Positions 40,134 to 52,760 of a stretch of DNA of 64,000 nt are shown piece by piece. The position numbers and the translations under genes were made by a program. Where the stretch lies: positions 21,454,001 through 21,518,000 of the forward strand of contig NC_045697.1 in NCBI RefSeq assembly GCF_009834535.1. Reading direction: 5' to 3'. Origin of the DNA: Camelus ferus. Its lineage: Eukaryota. Each line of letters starts with the position of its first letter. Positions within the stretch are counted from its first letter, which is position 1. The notes under the pieces are model-generated. The model searched no databases and was not told the DNA's origin. It worked only from the letters and a program-made list of their open reading frames with translations.

Positions 40134-41179
40134 GGACCCTGTCACCATTTTCTCTCTTTGTTTAAGTTTTACCAACCAATTTTGCCAACTTCTGATATGT
40201 TTTTTAGGGGGAAGGTGGGAGGGGAGCAGTGAGGAGAGAGAAAATGCTTGAAATATCAATTTAACTGAAAATTTTAAACAGTTGTCCTATAGAACCTGTT
40301 CTTCGTTTTTCAGCATTATCATGGACTTTTAGAATATGCTGGTGTGGCAACAGTTTCTTAACTTTTTATTTAATGTGAACCCTTACTCAGTGGAAAGGAT
40401 GGTCTAGAGTGAGAAGGAAATTATAATGGATTACTGTCTTAAATATTTCTAATGATGTCAGCAACCTATTGAGAGGAAAGTTTTCCAAGATGATTTATAG
40501 ACCACTCCAATGTAAAGTTTAGAATGATTTCAAACTAGAATCCATCTGTGGAATCCTGTAATCCAATGTACTGTTCAGTCCTGTACCCTTATACTGAAGG
40601 CTAATGACGTAAACACAATGTGCCAATACTGTCCACAGCAGCATAAAGTAATTTGTCAACTGCTTAATGAATTGTTAGTGAAATTCTGGTAGACTCCATT
40701 CTTCAAATATGAACTTTAATGCCTTGAATGGGAGCCCCGACAGAAGCAAAGTAGATACTACAGCTTTTAGGGTAAAGAAGTAATTAGAAATATTTCCAGA
40801 ACTTGGATATGAAAGTAAATACCAGTGGTCATGAACTGGAGAAAATTCAGGTGACCTGGGCTTGAAAATGTAGGCTAAACAGGGTATTGGGGAAACACAT
40901 GCAAGCCGGGCTGGGGAAGCATGTCTCCTAAGAGAACAAAAGTTGGGAAGGAAAGCTGTCACTCTGCACGTTTGCCTTGAGCCCTGTGAAAACATGGTTA
41001 AGATTTTTGGTAGGGGGATACCATTCATTCAAAATTAGTAGAAATGGGGGTGGGAGAAATGGCACCAAATTTTGACACAAGAACTAATCTTGTGAAGATG
41101 ATTGTAGTTGCAGTGGAAGGAAACTATAAGGATTTAAAATAAAGTTTACAGCTTTAGAGCTTCATACAAACTAGGCAGC

Positions 41180-41400
41180 AATAAAACTAGCATTTACTCT
41201 AACTTATCTACATGCCTGGGACCAGTCTAAGAATTTCACATGGATAACGTAATCTTCACAAGCATCCTAAATGTTATGTGTATTATTTTCCTTTTAGAGA
41301 TGAAGAAATAAGTCAGGTAATATGCCCAAGTTTCTTAGCTACTTATATGTGGGCTTCTGTCTTCACAGCTGGGTAAGCAGTAAGGGCTCCAGGAACTGCA
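41180..41400 (-). mobile_element. MIR SINE
   Basis: taatcttcacaagcatcctaaatgttatgtgtattattttccttttagagatgaagaaa core. Confidence 0.7.
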
Positions 41401-41541
41401 CAATTCGGCATTATGGCACACTCCATTCTAATGCCAGAAAAGATTTTTGGTAGATTAAACTATGAAAAACTGGAGGAAAGTGGTGATGAACAAATGAGTG
41501 ACAACTGCATTGATATATAAACTCTATTTTGCTTTATTCTT

Positions 41542-41685
41542 TTTTTTAATTGAAGTATAATCAGTTACAATGTGTCAATTTCTGGTGTACAGCATAATGT
41601 CCCAGTCATGCATATATATATATATTCATTTTCATAATGTTTTCCATTAAAGATTATTGCAAGATATTGAATATATTTGCTAGTG
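41542..41685 (-). mobile_element. Young short L1 3'-end insertion with perfect 15-bp TSD
   Basis: TSD ttttgctttattctt at 41527-41541 and 41686-41700. Body aattgaagtataatcagttacaatgtgtcaatttctggtgtacagc. Confidence 0.95.
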
Positions 41686-42474
41686 TTTTGCTTTATTCTT
41701 GACATTGAACCAGGTAGATACAGATCATAATCCATCTAACACTGAAAATAATGCCTGTTTTAATATTCAATAATTTTAAACATTAAAAAAATCTATAATT
41801 GAGTGGGAAAGACTGCAGTGATCATATTGTCTCTTTTCAGATAAAGCTTTCTTTTTGTTTTAAGACTCCCAATAGCTGTAGCCACCACAGCTTACCTAAA
41901 CAAAATAAAAGAATTAAGCATCTAGAGAATAAGCTTTATAGATTTATTTAAATTATTGGTAATTTCACACATGTAATTTTTTTTTAGTCTGACATGCAGG
42001 AAATTAATGATTATTTAAGTATTGTGAAAAAAATTGACATTATTTTATCTAATTTTTGAGAAGTGTATAAAGTGGATGAAATAAAAATAGCTTGACTGCT
42101 TAGTTAAAATAAACATATAATATATGCAAGGTAAGGATCTGGAACATGATTCAATTATATCATATTCTTAACATATAAAACAAAAAATATTCCTTAGGTT
42201 GCATTATTTAAGTAGCTTAACAGCTACTCTGTGGAGGACAAGTGGCTGAAATACTGATCTGCTAGGTTATAATTATGCAAACTGATCATGAGTTGGTTTT
42301 CAAATGTACAGAGTCAATGATGACAAGAAATAACTTGCCTGATATATCAAATCTAGAATTCAACAAATTTTGACTGAAAATTTGACCAGTATAGCTAAAG
42401 ATAAAGACATAGATTTGGAAACATATCTTAAGAGGTGATATTACTTAAAAACAAAGAACCATCAGAAAATGGTC

Positions 42475-42660
42475 AGAAGCATAGAATCAGAAATCAACGA
42501 GACATGGTTTTACTCAAATTCCAACTTTTTGTACTATGGAAATACAGGCGTGTCATTTTAACTTGCAAAATTTCAATTTCTGCATTTGTATAATAGAATG
42601 ATAATAAAAATCCTTACTTCATAAGGTTGTTTTGAGAAGTATATATAATAATTCATGCAG
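42475..42660 (+). mobile_element. MIR SINE
   Basis: ttcaatttctgcatttgtataatagaatgataataaaaatccttacttcataaggttgttttgagaa core. Confidence 0.65.
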
Positions 42661-43144
42661 TATTAGACTTCCTAAATTCTGTAGTTTGAGAACTGATGAA
42701 TCATGTTTTAAGTTTATGACTGAAATAGCCCTCTAATAATAAAGGCAGAGGGGTTTAATAAGAAGCCCAGAGAGTCATAATATAAACAAACTATTTTCTC
42801 AGCCAAAGTCTAGAATTCTGATGGAAATCTTTATTTTCTGATATTTAGCCTATTTTAATTCAAACTACTGAGAAAGTTAAATTTTTTTTCATTATTTACC
42901 CTTTTTTGTAAAAAATCAAATTATATTATGCTATAGATACTTTTTATAAGTTCAGAATAATAGATACAAATAGATACAAAGCATGAGGGAAGTGCAACGG
43001 AAAGAAGTCTTTTGTTGTCTAAATACACAGGTTCTATGAATTAAAGGGTCCATTGAAAGTCAACTTCCATCCAAGCATAAAATTTCTTCCTCAGTATATC
43101 TACATTTGATCATCCACAGCCATTATTTCAATTTTTCCCTCACC

Positions 43145-43285
43145 AAAATATAAACTCTTCATGGACAGTGATTCTCACCAGGTTGGTTGGTAGGTTTTTT
43201 GTTTGTTTTGTGCTTGCTGTATCTTTGGTACCCAGGGCAGTGTTTAACACATGGAAGGTGCTCAAAAACTATTTGGTGACTAATC
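43145..43285 (+). mobile_element. L2 3' end
   Basis: gctgtatctttggtacccagggcagtgtttaacacatggaaggtgctcaaaaactatttggtgactaat. Confidence 0.7.
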
Positions 43286-44924
43286 AGTAATAGAGTAACC
43301 ATCTCTTCCACTTTAATATTTTCCCTGGCTTTAGTTCTGCTCTGTAAAGCGACACAGAGCGAATTTCTGATTTGTCTCTTACCAAACTTTTGTGTAGTTG
43401 AGATTGGCCAAAAAGCAGTCCTCTGAGTCTTGTGTATTTTCTCTCTAGAGCATTTGCAAGCCTTCCAAGATCCTTTCCAGATTTCTTAAATGGTATGCAT
43501 GCAAGATCTCTCACCAAGCTGGGGATCTTTTAATAAGTTGTCTGGTTTTCCAATGTGTTTCAATGTGTGAAGTAACTGTCTGACACATGGCAAGTACAGC
43601 AAATGGAAAAAAAGGGAAAAAAAACCCTTCCTCCCATTTCCACTCACGTACATGGATGCAGCCTGCGATAATTCTAGCTATTTAATATTTGTGGCCACTT
43701 GGCACACTTTGATATCTATATTAATGAAAACTACAAAGTTTATTTACACAGATGGACTGCCAACTATACAATAAAAGCATTTAGATCATAAATATGCAAT
43801 GGTTTAATTAAGATAGAAAAGATGGAGAATAATTTAGGCATTTCCTTCTGGGCTGAGGACACAGGAAAGCTTTGAATAGTTTTGAATTTGGAACAATTTT
43901 GCTGAAGACATGGAAATCTAGCATTTTTCTCAATGAGGTATAGAGAAAAAAATGGTTAATCATAGACAGTCGACTTTGCATTTCATCTTTATTTTATTAT
44001 TTTTGCAATGATTTATTTTAAGCTTTGTAAAACAGAAAAGTCTTATTTTCATACCTGCTACAAAGTATATTTTCCCCTAACCTCTGAATGAACCATTTTT
44101 ATTGCAATCCTGACGGCAACTTAATGGCACAGGTTGCATCAAGGTTGACCCTATTGGGGAGCTTTCATTTCCAAAGGACTGTGCATTTCCTTTTTGGAGT
44201 CACCTTGAAAGTACAGTACCTCTAGTTTTATTCCCTGCTGGCATAGCAAATACACATAATGAAATTAGTCTACTTTGTTAGCTTCAGTAAATTGCTTCTT
44301 CCCTTCCTTCCCAATCTCCTTCTGGTTCAACCCATTTTGAAAACTTTACTGTCAGGCTTGACAATTTTATGACATTTTACAGTGTAAGTTGCAGTCTTTA
44401 ACCAAACTGAAAAGGAAACCAAAAACTTATATATTTTAAAGATGAAATTTTAGTAAAAAACAATAATCTGAATGTAAATAGTTCATTTGTTTAAATCTTT
44501 AACACACAGTTTTATTTCCAAACAAAAGACATAAACTTTTTTAAATGGTGAGACATTTCCTTTGGAGAGTAGAAAACAATAAAATGTATGTTTCACAGAT
44601 TATTTTGATGGGATATTGGAATAGAGCTAGATATTTGACCTTAAAGAGGTTCTTCGAGGTTGCAGATGAAATAAATTCTTAATGGAATAACAAGTATTTA
44701 TTTTGAAGATACACTGTTTACTATTACATCGCAATTTAAGAGATGTCATTTTGATTTTTTGGAATATTACAAAGAGCAATGAAGGAGGAAACCATTCTAT
44801 TGAAATGAATATGTAAATTAAATTATATGTAAATTAAAATATACATTTGTTAAGTTTTGAAAATGAGCATTTTCAAACAGACTGTCTTGGGAATCCTGTA
44901 GATGCATTATAAAAGAAAACTAAT

Positions 44925-45290
44925 ATTTATTTAATAATTCCTATGAGAATCACTGTGATAAAAGACTATATCTCATTTAATCTTCAGAAATCAATTCATT
45001 GTATAGTAATATGTATATTTTTCAGGCAAAAATGCTGAAGTACAAAAAAATTGAAGAGTAGCAAGGTCCATGACACATGATATACACTTTGAATTATAAT
45101 AAAATTAACAAAACAATAGCAACCATAAGAAACACAAATAACAATAGTGATAGAAACAGTAACTAACATTTACTACATGCAAGTATCTGGTTAATTATTT
45201 TTGACACATTCTCTCAGTTAGTCCTTGCAACATCTTTTCTAGATGAGAATACCCAGTAGTAGAATCTAAGCCGATTATCTGTGTGCATAA
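44925..45290 (-). mobile_element. Two decayed MIR fragments
   Basis: tatctcatttaatcttcagaaa and aactaacatttactacatgcaagtatctgg...agatgagaatacccag motifs. Confidence 0.45.
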
Positions 45291-45429
45291 AATGTACTAA
45301 GGAAAGGAGTGCTTCCAGTTGACTGATGGGAGTTATAGGTAGAAAGTGGAACAAGAAAGATCAAGAAACCAAGCAAATGTTCCATCTAAGACAAAGTCAA
45401 TCAGAACCTGCAGTTGTAAAGAAGGGGAT

Positions 45430-45765
45430 GGCGGTGTGGAAGCTGATGTTTCTCCAGGTAGACAGTGTTAGAATCGAATTGAACAGACAAATAAGAGGTG
45501 TATACTGTATAGCACAGGGAACTATATTCAATATCTTGTAGTAACATACGGTGAAAAAGAATATGCAAACGACTATCTGTATGTTCATGTATGAGTGAAG
45601 CACTGTGCTGTACACTAGAAATTGACACAATATTGTAAACTGACTATACTTCAATAAAAATATTTTTTAAAAAATGAATTGAACTGTAGGATATCCAGCT
45701 GGTGTCCTAAGAAAAATGCCTGTTGATGTGGGGAACTCCCTCCAACAATGGAATTGGTACCAAAC
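45430..45765 (+). mobile_element. MER21-like LTR fragment interrupted by a young L1
   Basis: tctccaggtagacagtgttagaatcgaattgaac resumes as gaattgaactgtaggatatccagctggtgtc. Confidence 0.65.
45485..45672 (+). mobile_element. Young short L1 3'-end insertion with TSD
   Basis: gaattgaac duplicated at 45476-45484 and 45676-45684. Body tactgtatagcacagggaactatattcaatatcttg...cttcaataaaaa. Confidence 0.93.
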
Positions 45766-46003
45766 CCTAGGTAGTCTTGCTCAACATTGCCCCCTGGATT
45801 TACACAAAATTACAAGGTGGAATGAAGTAGAAAATGAAAAAAAGGGAAAAGGAAGTCACATATTTAAAGGAAGCCTGTGGAGAACTGCAGCCAACTGCAA
45901 GAGGCTTTCATGTATAAGTCGATGTGACTCAGAGAGACGGTCCCCAACATAGGTGGACACTCCTTCTAGAAGAGCACATCAGTGTCGTCTGGTAAGCAGC
46001 CAG

Positions 46004-46004
<1 letters not shown>

Positions 46005-46035
<31 letters not shown>
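46005..46035. repeat. (TG)n microsatellite
   Basis: Visible perfect run. Confidence 0.97.
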
Positions 46036-46037
<2 letters not shown>

Positions 46038-46334
46038 AAATTGTGTGTGCTGTTATAAATAGAGGCTTAGTGTTCTTGTTTTAGAAAATGACATTTAAAG
46101 CAGGTTAGTAGATAAGTTGTGCAATTTGAGCTCAGTTTTGCTGTGCAAAGAAATGTGTAAGGGCAAGTCTTTCAGAAAAATGGGAAAGAGAAGGCAGACA
46201 GATGGATTATAAAGTAAAACAGACCCTGATTGAGCCAGTAGTAGGTCCAGGCTCTGTATAAATTTAAATTTGGAGCATAAAAGGCAATCCCTTTCTCTAA
46301 AGTTCCCTTTGTCCTGGAGGAAATCCAAGGGGAC

Positions 46335-46682
46335 TATATCATTCTAGAACTTCAAATTTCAGGCATTAAGGAAGCCTAGTAGCTTTTATTTTTGTGTACT
46401 GGAGGAGGTGAGCTACCAGCTAAGAAGTTTGGCCAAGCTGAGATTTCCACACTGGGAGGAAGATAACACTAGTCACAAAGAGAGACTGTGTGGGGAGAGA
46501 GAGAGTCAAAAACCCATCCAGAACCCCCTGTTTCAGCTGACCCAGCTAGGACAGCGACATGTCCAGGAAGAAGCCACCTTGCAAGTTGTAGTTCCAGGAG
46601 ATGCCATTTGGAGCTGAGACAATCTTTCTCCCTTGAGCTCCATCCTAGTTGAAGATTTATGCAGCAGTAGATAACCAAAGCA
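46335..46682 (+). mobile_element. MaLR LTR fragment (MLT1G/H-like)
   Basis: gacatgtccaggaagaagccaccttg and terminal ttatgcagcagtagataaccaaagca. Confidence 0.65.
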
Positions 46683-47251
46683 GCTCTCTTCTGTGTATGT
46701 TTTTTTTTTTCTCCCTTCAGTACTATTTGCACACAAAGAACAAGCATCCTGTTCTTCTTTTTCAAGAGGAGTGGCTGACTCTGTTGACTGGGGTGGTTGG
46801 GAATATCCGTCATGTGCTGGCACTGCCCTGAAGGGTAGGTTCTCGCGATGACTTCTGGAATGCATTTAGCAAGCGCACTTCTTTCCATTAGGCTTCTTCC
46901 TCCAGTTAGCCCTTAACAGTAATAGAGATGATATTTTGCCCTCCACTTGTGATTCTTGTTTTTTTTCTCCCCTTATTTCTTCATAGTGTAGAGTGTGAGT
47001 TAGAAAGAAATGTGTTAATTATTGGCCTATTTCACCCCCACCCCCATATTTAGGAACACATGACTTGTCCCCTTGCTTCTTTGGCCTCTCTCCCTTATCT
47101 TAAAATAAGAGGCCATTGTCATTCAGATTCCAAAGTTCTGTGAAGCCTTTCACTGAGTTAAATCACTGAAGAAAAACATTCCATGTTAAATGCATATACT
47201 TTTAAGCAAAATTATGCATTCCTGGGAATAAGGGTGCAAACTAAATTAGCT

Positions 47252-47624
47252 TGTAAAAGTCTGCTGAGATGGCCATAACAAAATTCCACAGTCCAGTGGC
47301 TTAAACAACAGAAATTTATTTTCTCGCAACTCATTGGCTGGAAGTCCAAGATCAAGGCACCAGGAGGCTTGGTTTCTCCTAAGACTGCTTTCCTTGGCCT
47401 GCAGACGAGCACCTTCTCACTGTTCTTTTCTCTGTATATGCCCATCCTTGAGGTCTCTTCCTCTTCTTGTAAAGACACCACCCATGTCGGATTAGGGCTC
47501 CACCTTAACAGTCTCTTTTTAACTTTATCACACTTATAAATAATTTAGCTCCACATATGGTTATATGCAAGGGTTAGGAGCTCAATATACAAATTGCCAA
47601 GGGGACACCATTCAGTCCATAACA
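47252..47624 (-). mobile_element. MaLR solo LTR (MLT1A/B-like), full length
   Basis: ccataacaaaattccacagtccagtggcttaaacaacagaaatttatt...ggggacaccattcagtccataaca. Reverse-complement relative of 17075-17437. Confidence 0.92.
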
Positions 47625-48692
47625 AAGTTCAGTCTGAGTTTCCTATAGCACAGTCCTTCCAGGTAACTTACATTAGAAAACATGAGGAATGGAACTGTCA
47701 AAGCACACGTACAGGAATCATAGTTCTACTCGTTTTACTGATGATTCGAAGACAGGACAATATCAAAGCAAGTGTAAAATAGAAAAATCCAAGATTTTCA
47801 ATCTAACTCTGCTGGTCTTCAAGCACTGGGTCACATTCTAGTTGAGTTCTACACTTCTGTGAAAATGAAATTGCTAGCAGAAAGGAAACCTTTGTGTTTA
47901 GAAAAACATCTCCACCGTTATACCCCACTGGTTCTAGACTCCTATGATATTCTCTAGCTAGAAATGCCCACATAAATCCATAAATGGAAGATTTATTTTT
48001 CAGTAATGCAGTGTAACCAGACCAGGTATATCTCATTAAAGGAAGTTCATAGATAAGAACCCCATTTACCAGTAAGTATAATTAATGTGTTTGCCGTGAG
48101 ATCTTGTTAAGAAGTTTACAAGGGGATTTGAATGTGTCACTTTTTTATCCTCTGGGCGTAAAAAGGAGATGGTGGATTTAGGCTCTGCTTTTAACCCTTT
48201 CTTTCTCATCTCCAAATTCTTGTGAGTTATGAGATGCTTTAGGTTAGAGATTTTTCATATAACTTTCATGTAATTACTGGTCTCCCCAGGCTACACTGTT
48301 GTTTCTGAAGGCTTCAATATTGAATTGCTCATCTTTACTCTGTTTTCACAAAAATTTTTTTAAGTGACTAAAGCACTCTAAATGTTGAGCTTGACATCCA
48401 TTCACTGTTCTGTGGTGCGGCTCCAGTACCACCATTTGAACTCCTTTTGTGCTTCCATATCAGCCAAACTCTCCTCAGCTCAGAAAACAGTGAGGCCACC
48501 AAAGAAAAGCAATAATTGTTTCAGAAGAGAGGAAGGCAGCACTTACTGGATGCACGATTGCAGTGTGATACATTAACCTGCATTGCTCAAAAGGGTCCCT
48601 TCAACAGGATTTACCGGCTCTCCATGCTAAGGACATATGCTAGCTCTCAGACATGGGAAAACATAAACATTAGTAACTTGCCAACTGTACAG

Positions 48693-48697
<5 letters not shown>

Positions 48698-48732
<35 letters not shown>
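48698..48732. repeat. (TG)n microsatellite
   Basis: Visible perfect run. Confidence 0.97.
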
Positions 48733-48734
<2 letters not shown>

Positions 48735-49352
48735 TTTTTTAAGAAACAAGAGCATTATAAATGCTGTTATGCACTGAACAGAAAGTTGTTAAAAAGAAGA
48801 CATTATGGGACCTATGCATATATACATAGATATTAATATAAATTTTTAAAAATTTTTTCTCTAACTTGATGAGAGACCTGATATGACCATTTTAAAATAA
48901 ATTACAAAGCTATCATTACAGTGCATTTAGATGCTATTTCCCTTATGTTTAGAAACCAACGTAATCGATGTAAATTACTGAGAACAATTGGTAAGCAAAG
49001 CTAAAGAAAAGTATCAATGACTGAATAAACCAATAGCTTGTTTGAAATAAAAGAAAAACACATGATTCCATAATAATTTACACATTTCAAGTTGAAGTAA
49101 GCAGTGCAAGTAAACAAAAAAATTCACCAAAAAATAATAATAATTCACCAGGAGAAAAAAGTAATTCACCAAATAGGCAGATGTTTTCTTAGACTTCGGC
49201 ACATGTCAGGTTTAGGATAAACTAAATATGTCAAGTGCATGCCCTCTGAAAGATTACAACCTAATGAGTGAGACAGTTTTCAACAAAATAGTTATATAAT
49301 TATTTAGTCCATTGTCATTGTACAAACTATGATTTAAAAAGTGTAAAATCAA

Positions 49353-49452
49353 TGTATAATATATTCATGTATAACTGAAAAATTGTGCTCTACACTGGAA
49401 TTTGACACAGCATTGTAAAATGATTATAACTCAATAAAAAATGTTTTTAAAT
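49353..49452 (+). mobile_element. Very short (~100 bp) young L1 3'-end insertion with perfect 17-bp TSD
   Basis: aaaaagtgtaaaatcaa at 49336-49352 and 49453-49469, preceded by ttt (L1 endonuclease TT/AAAA site). Confidence 0.95.
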
Positions 49453-49874
49453 AAAAAGTGTAAAATCAAAGCACATACCAGTTAATCTGTATATTAACAT
49501 GTGTTCTCAGACCTCAATCCTCTATTATCCCAAGTGATGACAAGTCAGTTGGCAACAACTACTATAGGAGTTGTACCTACGAGTTTTATATATTAACTCA
49601 AACTTGGGACTGCATAGCCATTGCACAGAGAATGAGTGAACATGGATAGGCCACAAATGTCAGGAGAACCTGCAGCCTGGGGATAGTCATTTCCATCAAA
49701 AGCAGGTTGGTAGGATATTATTGAATTGACAGATAAATATAAATGTTCATGGGAAAAGCAAGGTTTCATTTGTTTGTAAAACATGCTGAATTTATTCAAT
49801 AAAGAAATAATGTACTTGAGGTTTTGTACAGCTATTGACAAATTGTCACAAAAATAATCCAAACATATACTCTT

Positions 49875-50070
49875 TCCTGAATACTTACTACCTGCTATGT
49901 GCTGAGTACATATTTACTTCTGAAAGTAACATCTCTAGTTAAGAATTTTCTGCATTTTTGCAGATGAGGAAATTGGGGCTTAGAGAAGGTGTTTAAATTG
50001 AGTGATCTAGTTTCATCATCTATAAAATGAGACATTGTCATGAAGGCTTCTTCAATCCCTAACATGCTAC
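49875..50070. mobile_element. MIR fragments in opposite orientations
   Basis: tttttgcagatgaggaaattggggcttagagaagg (minus core) then ctagtttcatcatctataaaatgag (plus core). Confidence 0.6.
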
Positions 50071-52239
50071 AGTAAAAAAAAAAATTATAGAGTAAAACTA
50101 TGAGGTATGAATTGTGAAAGGGATAGAGTTTCTTACCTTAGAACTCTGGATTAAAACCTAAAAAATTTATCACCCATCAGGGAAACAGCCAAAAAAACAT
50201 TAAAAAAAAATTCAAAGCTAAGAGTTCATTTGGCAATTTCTCCATGAAGTGCTCAATCATTTTTTCCCAGAACTGAGGCTAAGGTCAAAAAACTTAGTTT
50301 CTGAGAAGATTCTTGAAAAAAATATAATATGGTGTGGTAAGTATAATGATGGAGTTACAGAAGTGGTGAGTGCGTCCCAGAAGAGTAGAACTTGTACTGT
50401 TCAGATGAGGAAAGTAGCAAGGAGTTGACTAAAGAAGGGGTTAACAACCCATCTGGACAAGAAGAATGAATCAGAAGGAAGAAATCCATGAACAAAATCA
50501 AGATCCATCACTTTTGAATTTTTACTGCTATCACCCTGAGTTTCTTTACAATATTAAACATTTTTATTGAAGGAAATTCAGGAAGTTATAACACTCCAGC
50601 ATGCTTTAGTTTATCTGACTGAAATTCTCTGAAAGCCATGGGCCCCACCATGATATTAATGAAGGGATAAAAGACATATAAGGGATATTATTGGGGATTT
50701 CTGAAAAATCACATTTTCAGTCACTTGGTTCCTTAACAAAGGACTATAGGATAAGATTCAAAATTAGTAACTAAAGTCAGTCTTTACTTTTATGCTTTGT
50801 TATTTGCATGCCAATTATTTCCTTCAGGGAAAATAAAAAAGATTTTATTCTTTTGATAATATCTGAATTTATAAGGCCAGAATTGCAAGTTTGATATCTT
50901 GATAAGTCTTATCATGCCAAAATTTCCTTGTGGGGGGAAGAAACCAAAACTTTAGTTCCTTGCCCATCCATTCAAAAAGTATTAAGTCACAGAAAAATGA
51001 TGTCTGAAAGGTTTCTTTTTAGGTGTACAACATGTACATTTTTAATTTCTACTCTGGAATAGTATAATGCACTGGCTTACACGTCCTTTGTGTATAGATA
51101 GTTAACATTTCTATTGACACCTGTGAGTGGAAGCATCAGTTCAGTTACATTAACTCTATGAAGAATGAACTAAAAATCACAGTGACAAACTAATATCTAA
51201 ATGATATGGTAACAGAGCCCATCGAAAGGAAAATGTATGAATTTCACTGCCCCAAGTGAATGCAGTCCTGTTTATTATTTTACATACCAACTGCCAGCAG
51301 CCTGTGATGTGGAACAGTTTACATTATTGCTGACATTTGGAAAAATAAATGAATTTGAATGAACTTGAACAAGTTTAGCAACATGGCAACTTGAAATTGC
51401 TGAGCAGAAATAGTTTATTTGTTGATAAAATATTACAAACATTGTAGAAATTTTTGTTAGCTCCTGACTCTTAGTTTAGATTTATCTCTGGATAATTAGC
51501 ATGGTTTGGATGACTTTGATATCAAACTGCTGAGTACAACATAGTCACATTCTTAATGTGACTTAAATATAGGAAAAGTGTCTATTGGTATGCATGAATC
51601 CTCCGACTGGGTAAAGCTGAGTGAAACTGATATTGCTCACTGGTTACTCTGTATTCTGTATCTTGATTCATTATTTAAAAATAAAAGTATAATTTTCACT
51701 AGAGAAAATATTAAGAAACACTTTTGAGAGAGATACTACTTAAGGTTGGGAATACAGTCATTTTTCGCTACATGCATAACAACCTAAATGCAACTGTTTA
51801 ATATAAGAAGCAATAGACATAATTGTATATGTTTGCATCTTTGGTGTTTGGGAAATGCATTTGAACGAAATATTCCTATTGTCTAAGAGTATCAGGTTTG
51901 TAAGGACATCGAGTCTTCCAAATATTAGATAAACAGTGTATAGCTTGATTCTTATTGTTAAATATTTTAAGTGTTTGCCTTAAGAATATTCCAATAAATA
52001 TTTCATTAGACATCAGGAAATTGTCTAGATGAATAAGTTAAGGTCATTGAAAACTGAAAAGCAAAGTGATGGTGAGGTTATAGCATAGGTGGTCAACAGG
52101 GGAGAGACTCGTGTGATAGGTGATTAAGTAGACACTAGAAAAACCCAAATCCCTGTTCTTTCCCTCTAGAAAAGATTCTACTATTTACTTGTGCCACTTT
52201 CCATAATGAAAATCAATATGTTAAATCTTTGACATCACA

Positions 52240-52490
52240 GAAGTTGTCTGTAAGTCATACAGTTATTAAAATGCTGTCAACCATCAAGCAAATGTTAAAG
52301 AGGACCTTGAGCCTTAGATGAAAACTCAACCTGGGCAACACCCATATTACAGTTCTAAGATAATCGAAGCAGAGTACTCAGTTAAATTGCTCCCCACTTG
52401 TGACCGAAAGTGTTTTGAGATGATAAACATCTGTTGCTTTAAGCTGCAAATTTGTGGTCATTTGTTACATAGCAATACAAAATGAATACA
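52240..52490 (+). mobile_element. MaLR LTR 3' part (MLT1D/E-like)
   Basis: gagatgataaacatctgttgctttaagctgcaaatttgtggtcatttgttacatagcaatacaaaatgaataca terminus. Confidence 0.8.
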
Positions 52491-52494
52491 GCTT

Positions 52495-52760
52495 GATTCA
52501 GGTTTGAGGCTACTGTGAATAAAGGTATAACTAACATTCTTGGTGTATAACATTCTTGGTATTTGGTGGACACATGAGCCATTTCCGTTGGGTCAGGGGA
52601 ACTGACAATATTTACCTTTAGTAGTTATGGTTAAACATTTTTCCAAAGTAATTGTACCAACTGATACTCCCACAAACAATGAGAGATTTTTCTCAAGCTT
52701 GCCAACACCTGCTATTGGTAGTCCTTTTAAATTGAGCCATTCTAGTGTATATTACTAATA
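52495..52760 (-). mobile_element. Old L1 (L1ME-type) ORF2 3' fragment
   Basis: tttttccaaagtaattgtaccaactgatactcccacaaacaatg...cttgccaacac motif. Confidence 0.7.

Noticed and set aside
46469..46888. Longest ORF (139 aa) and overlapping ORFs
   Set aside because: About half lies in a MaLR LTR remnant with fewer stops. No recognisable domain.
49121..49171. CRISPR-like repeat-spacer array
   Set aside because: 9-bp repeats and 12-bp spacers are far too short, there are only three units, the context is mammalian, and there are no cas genes.
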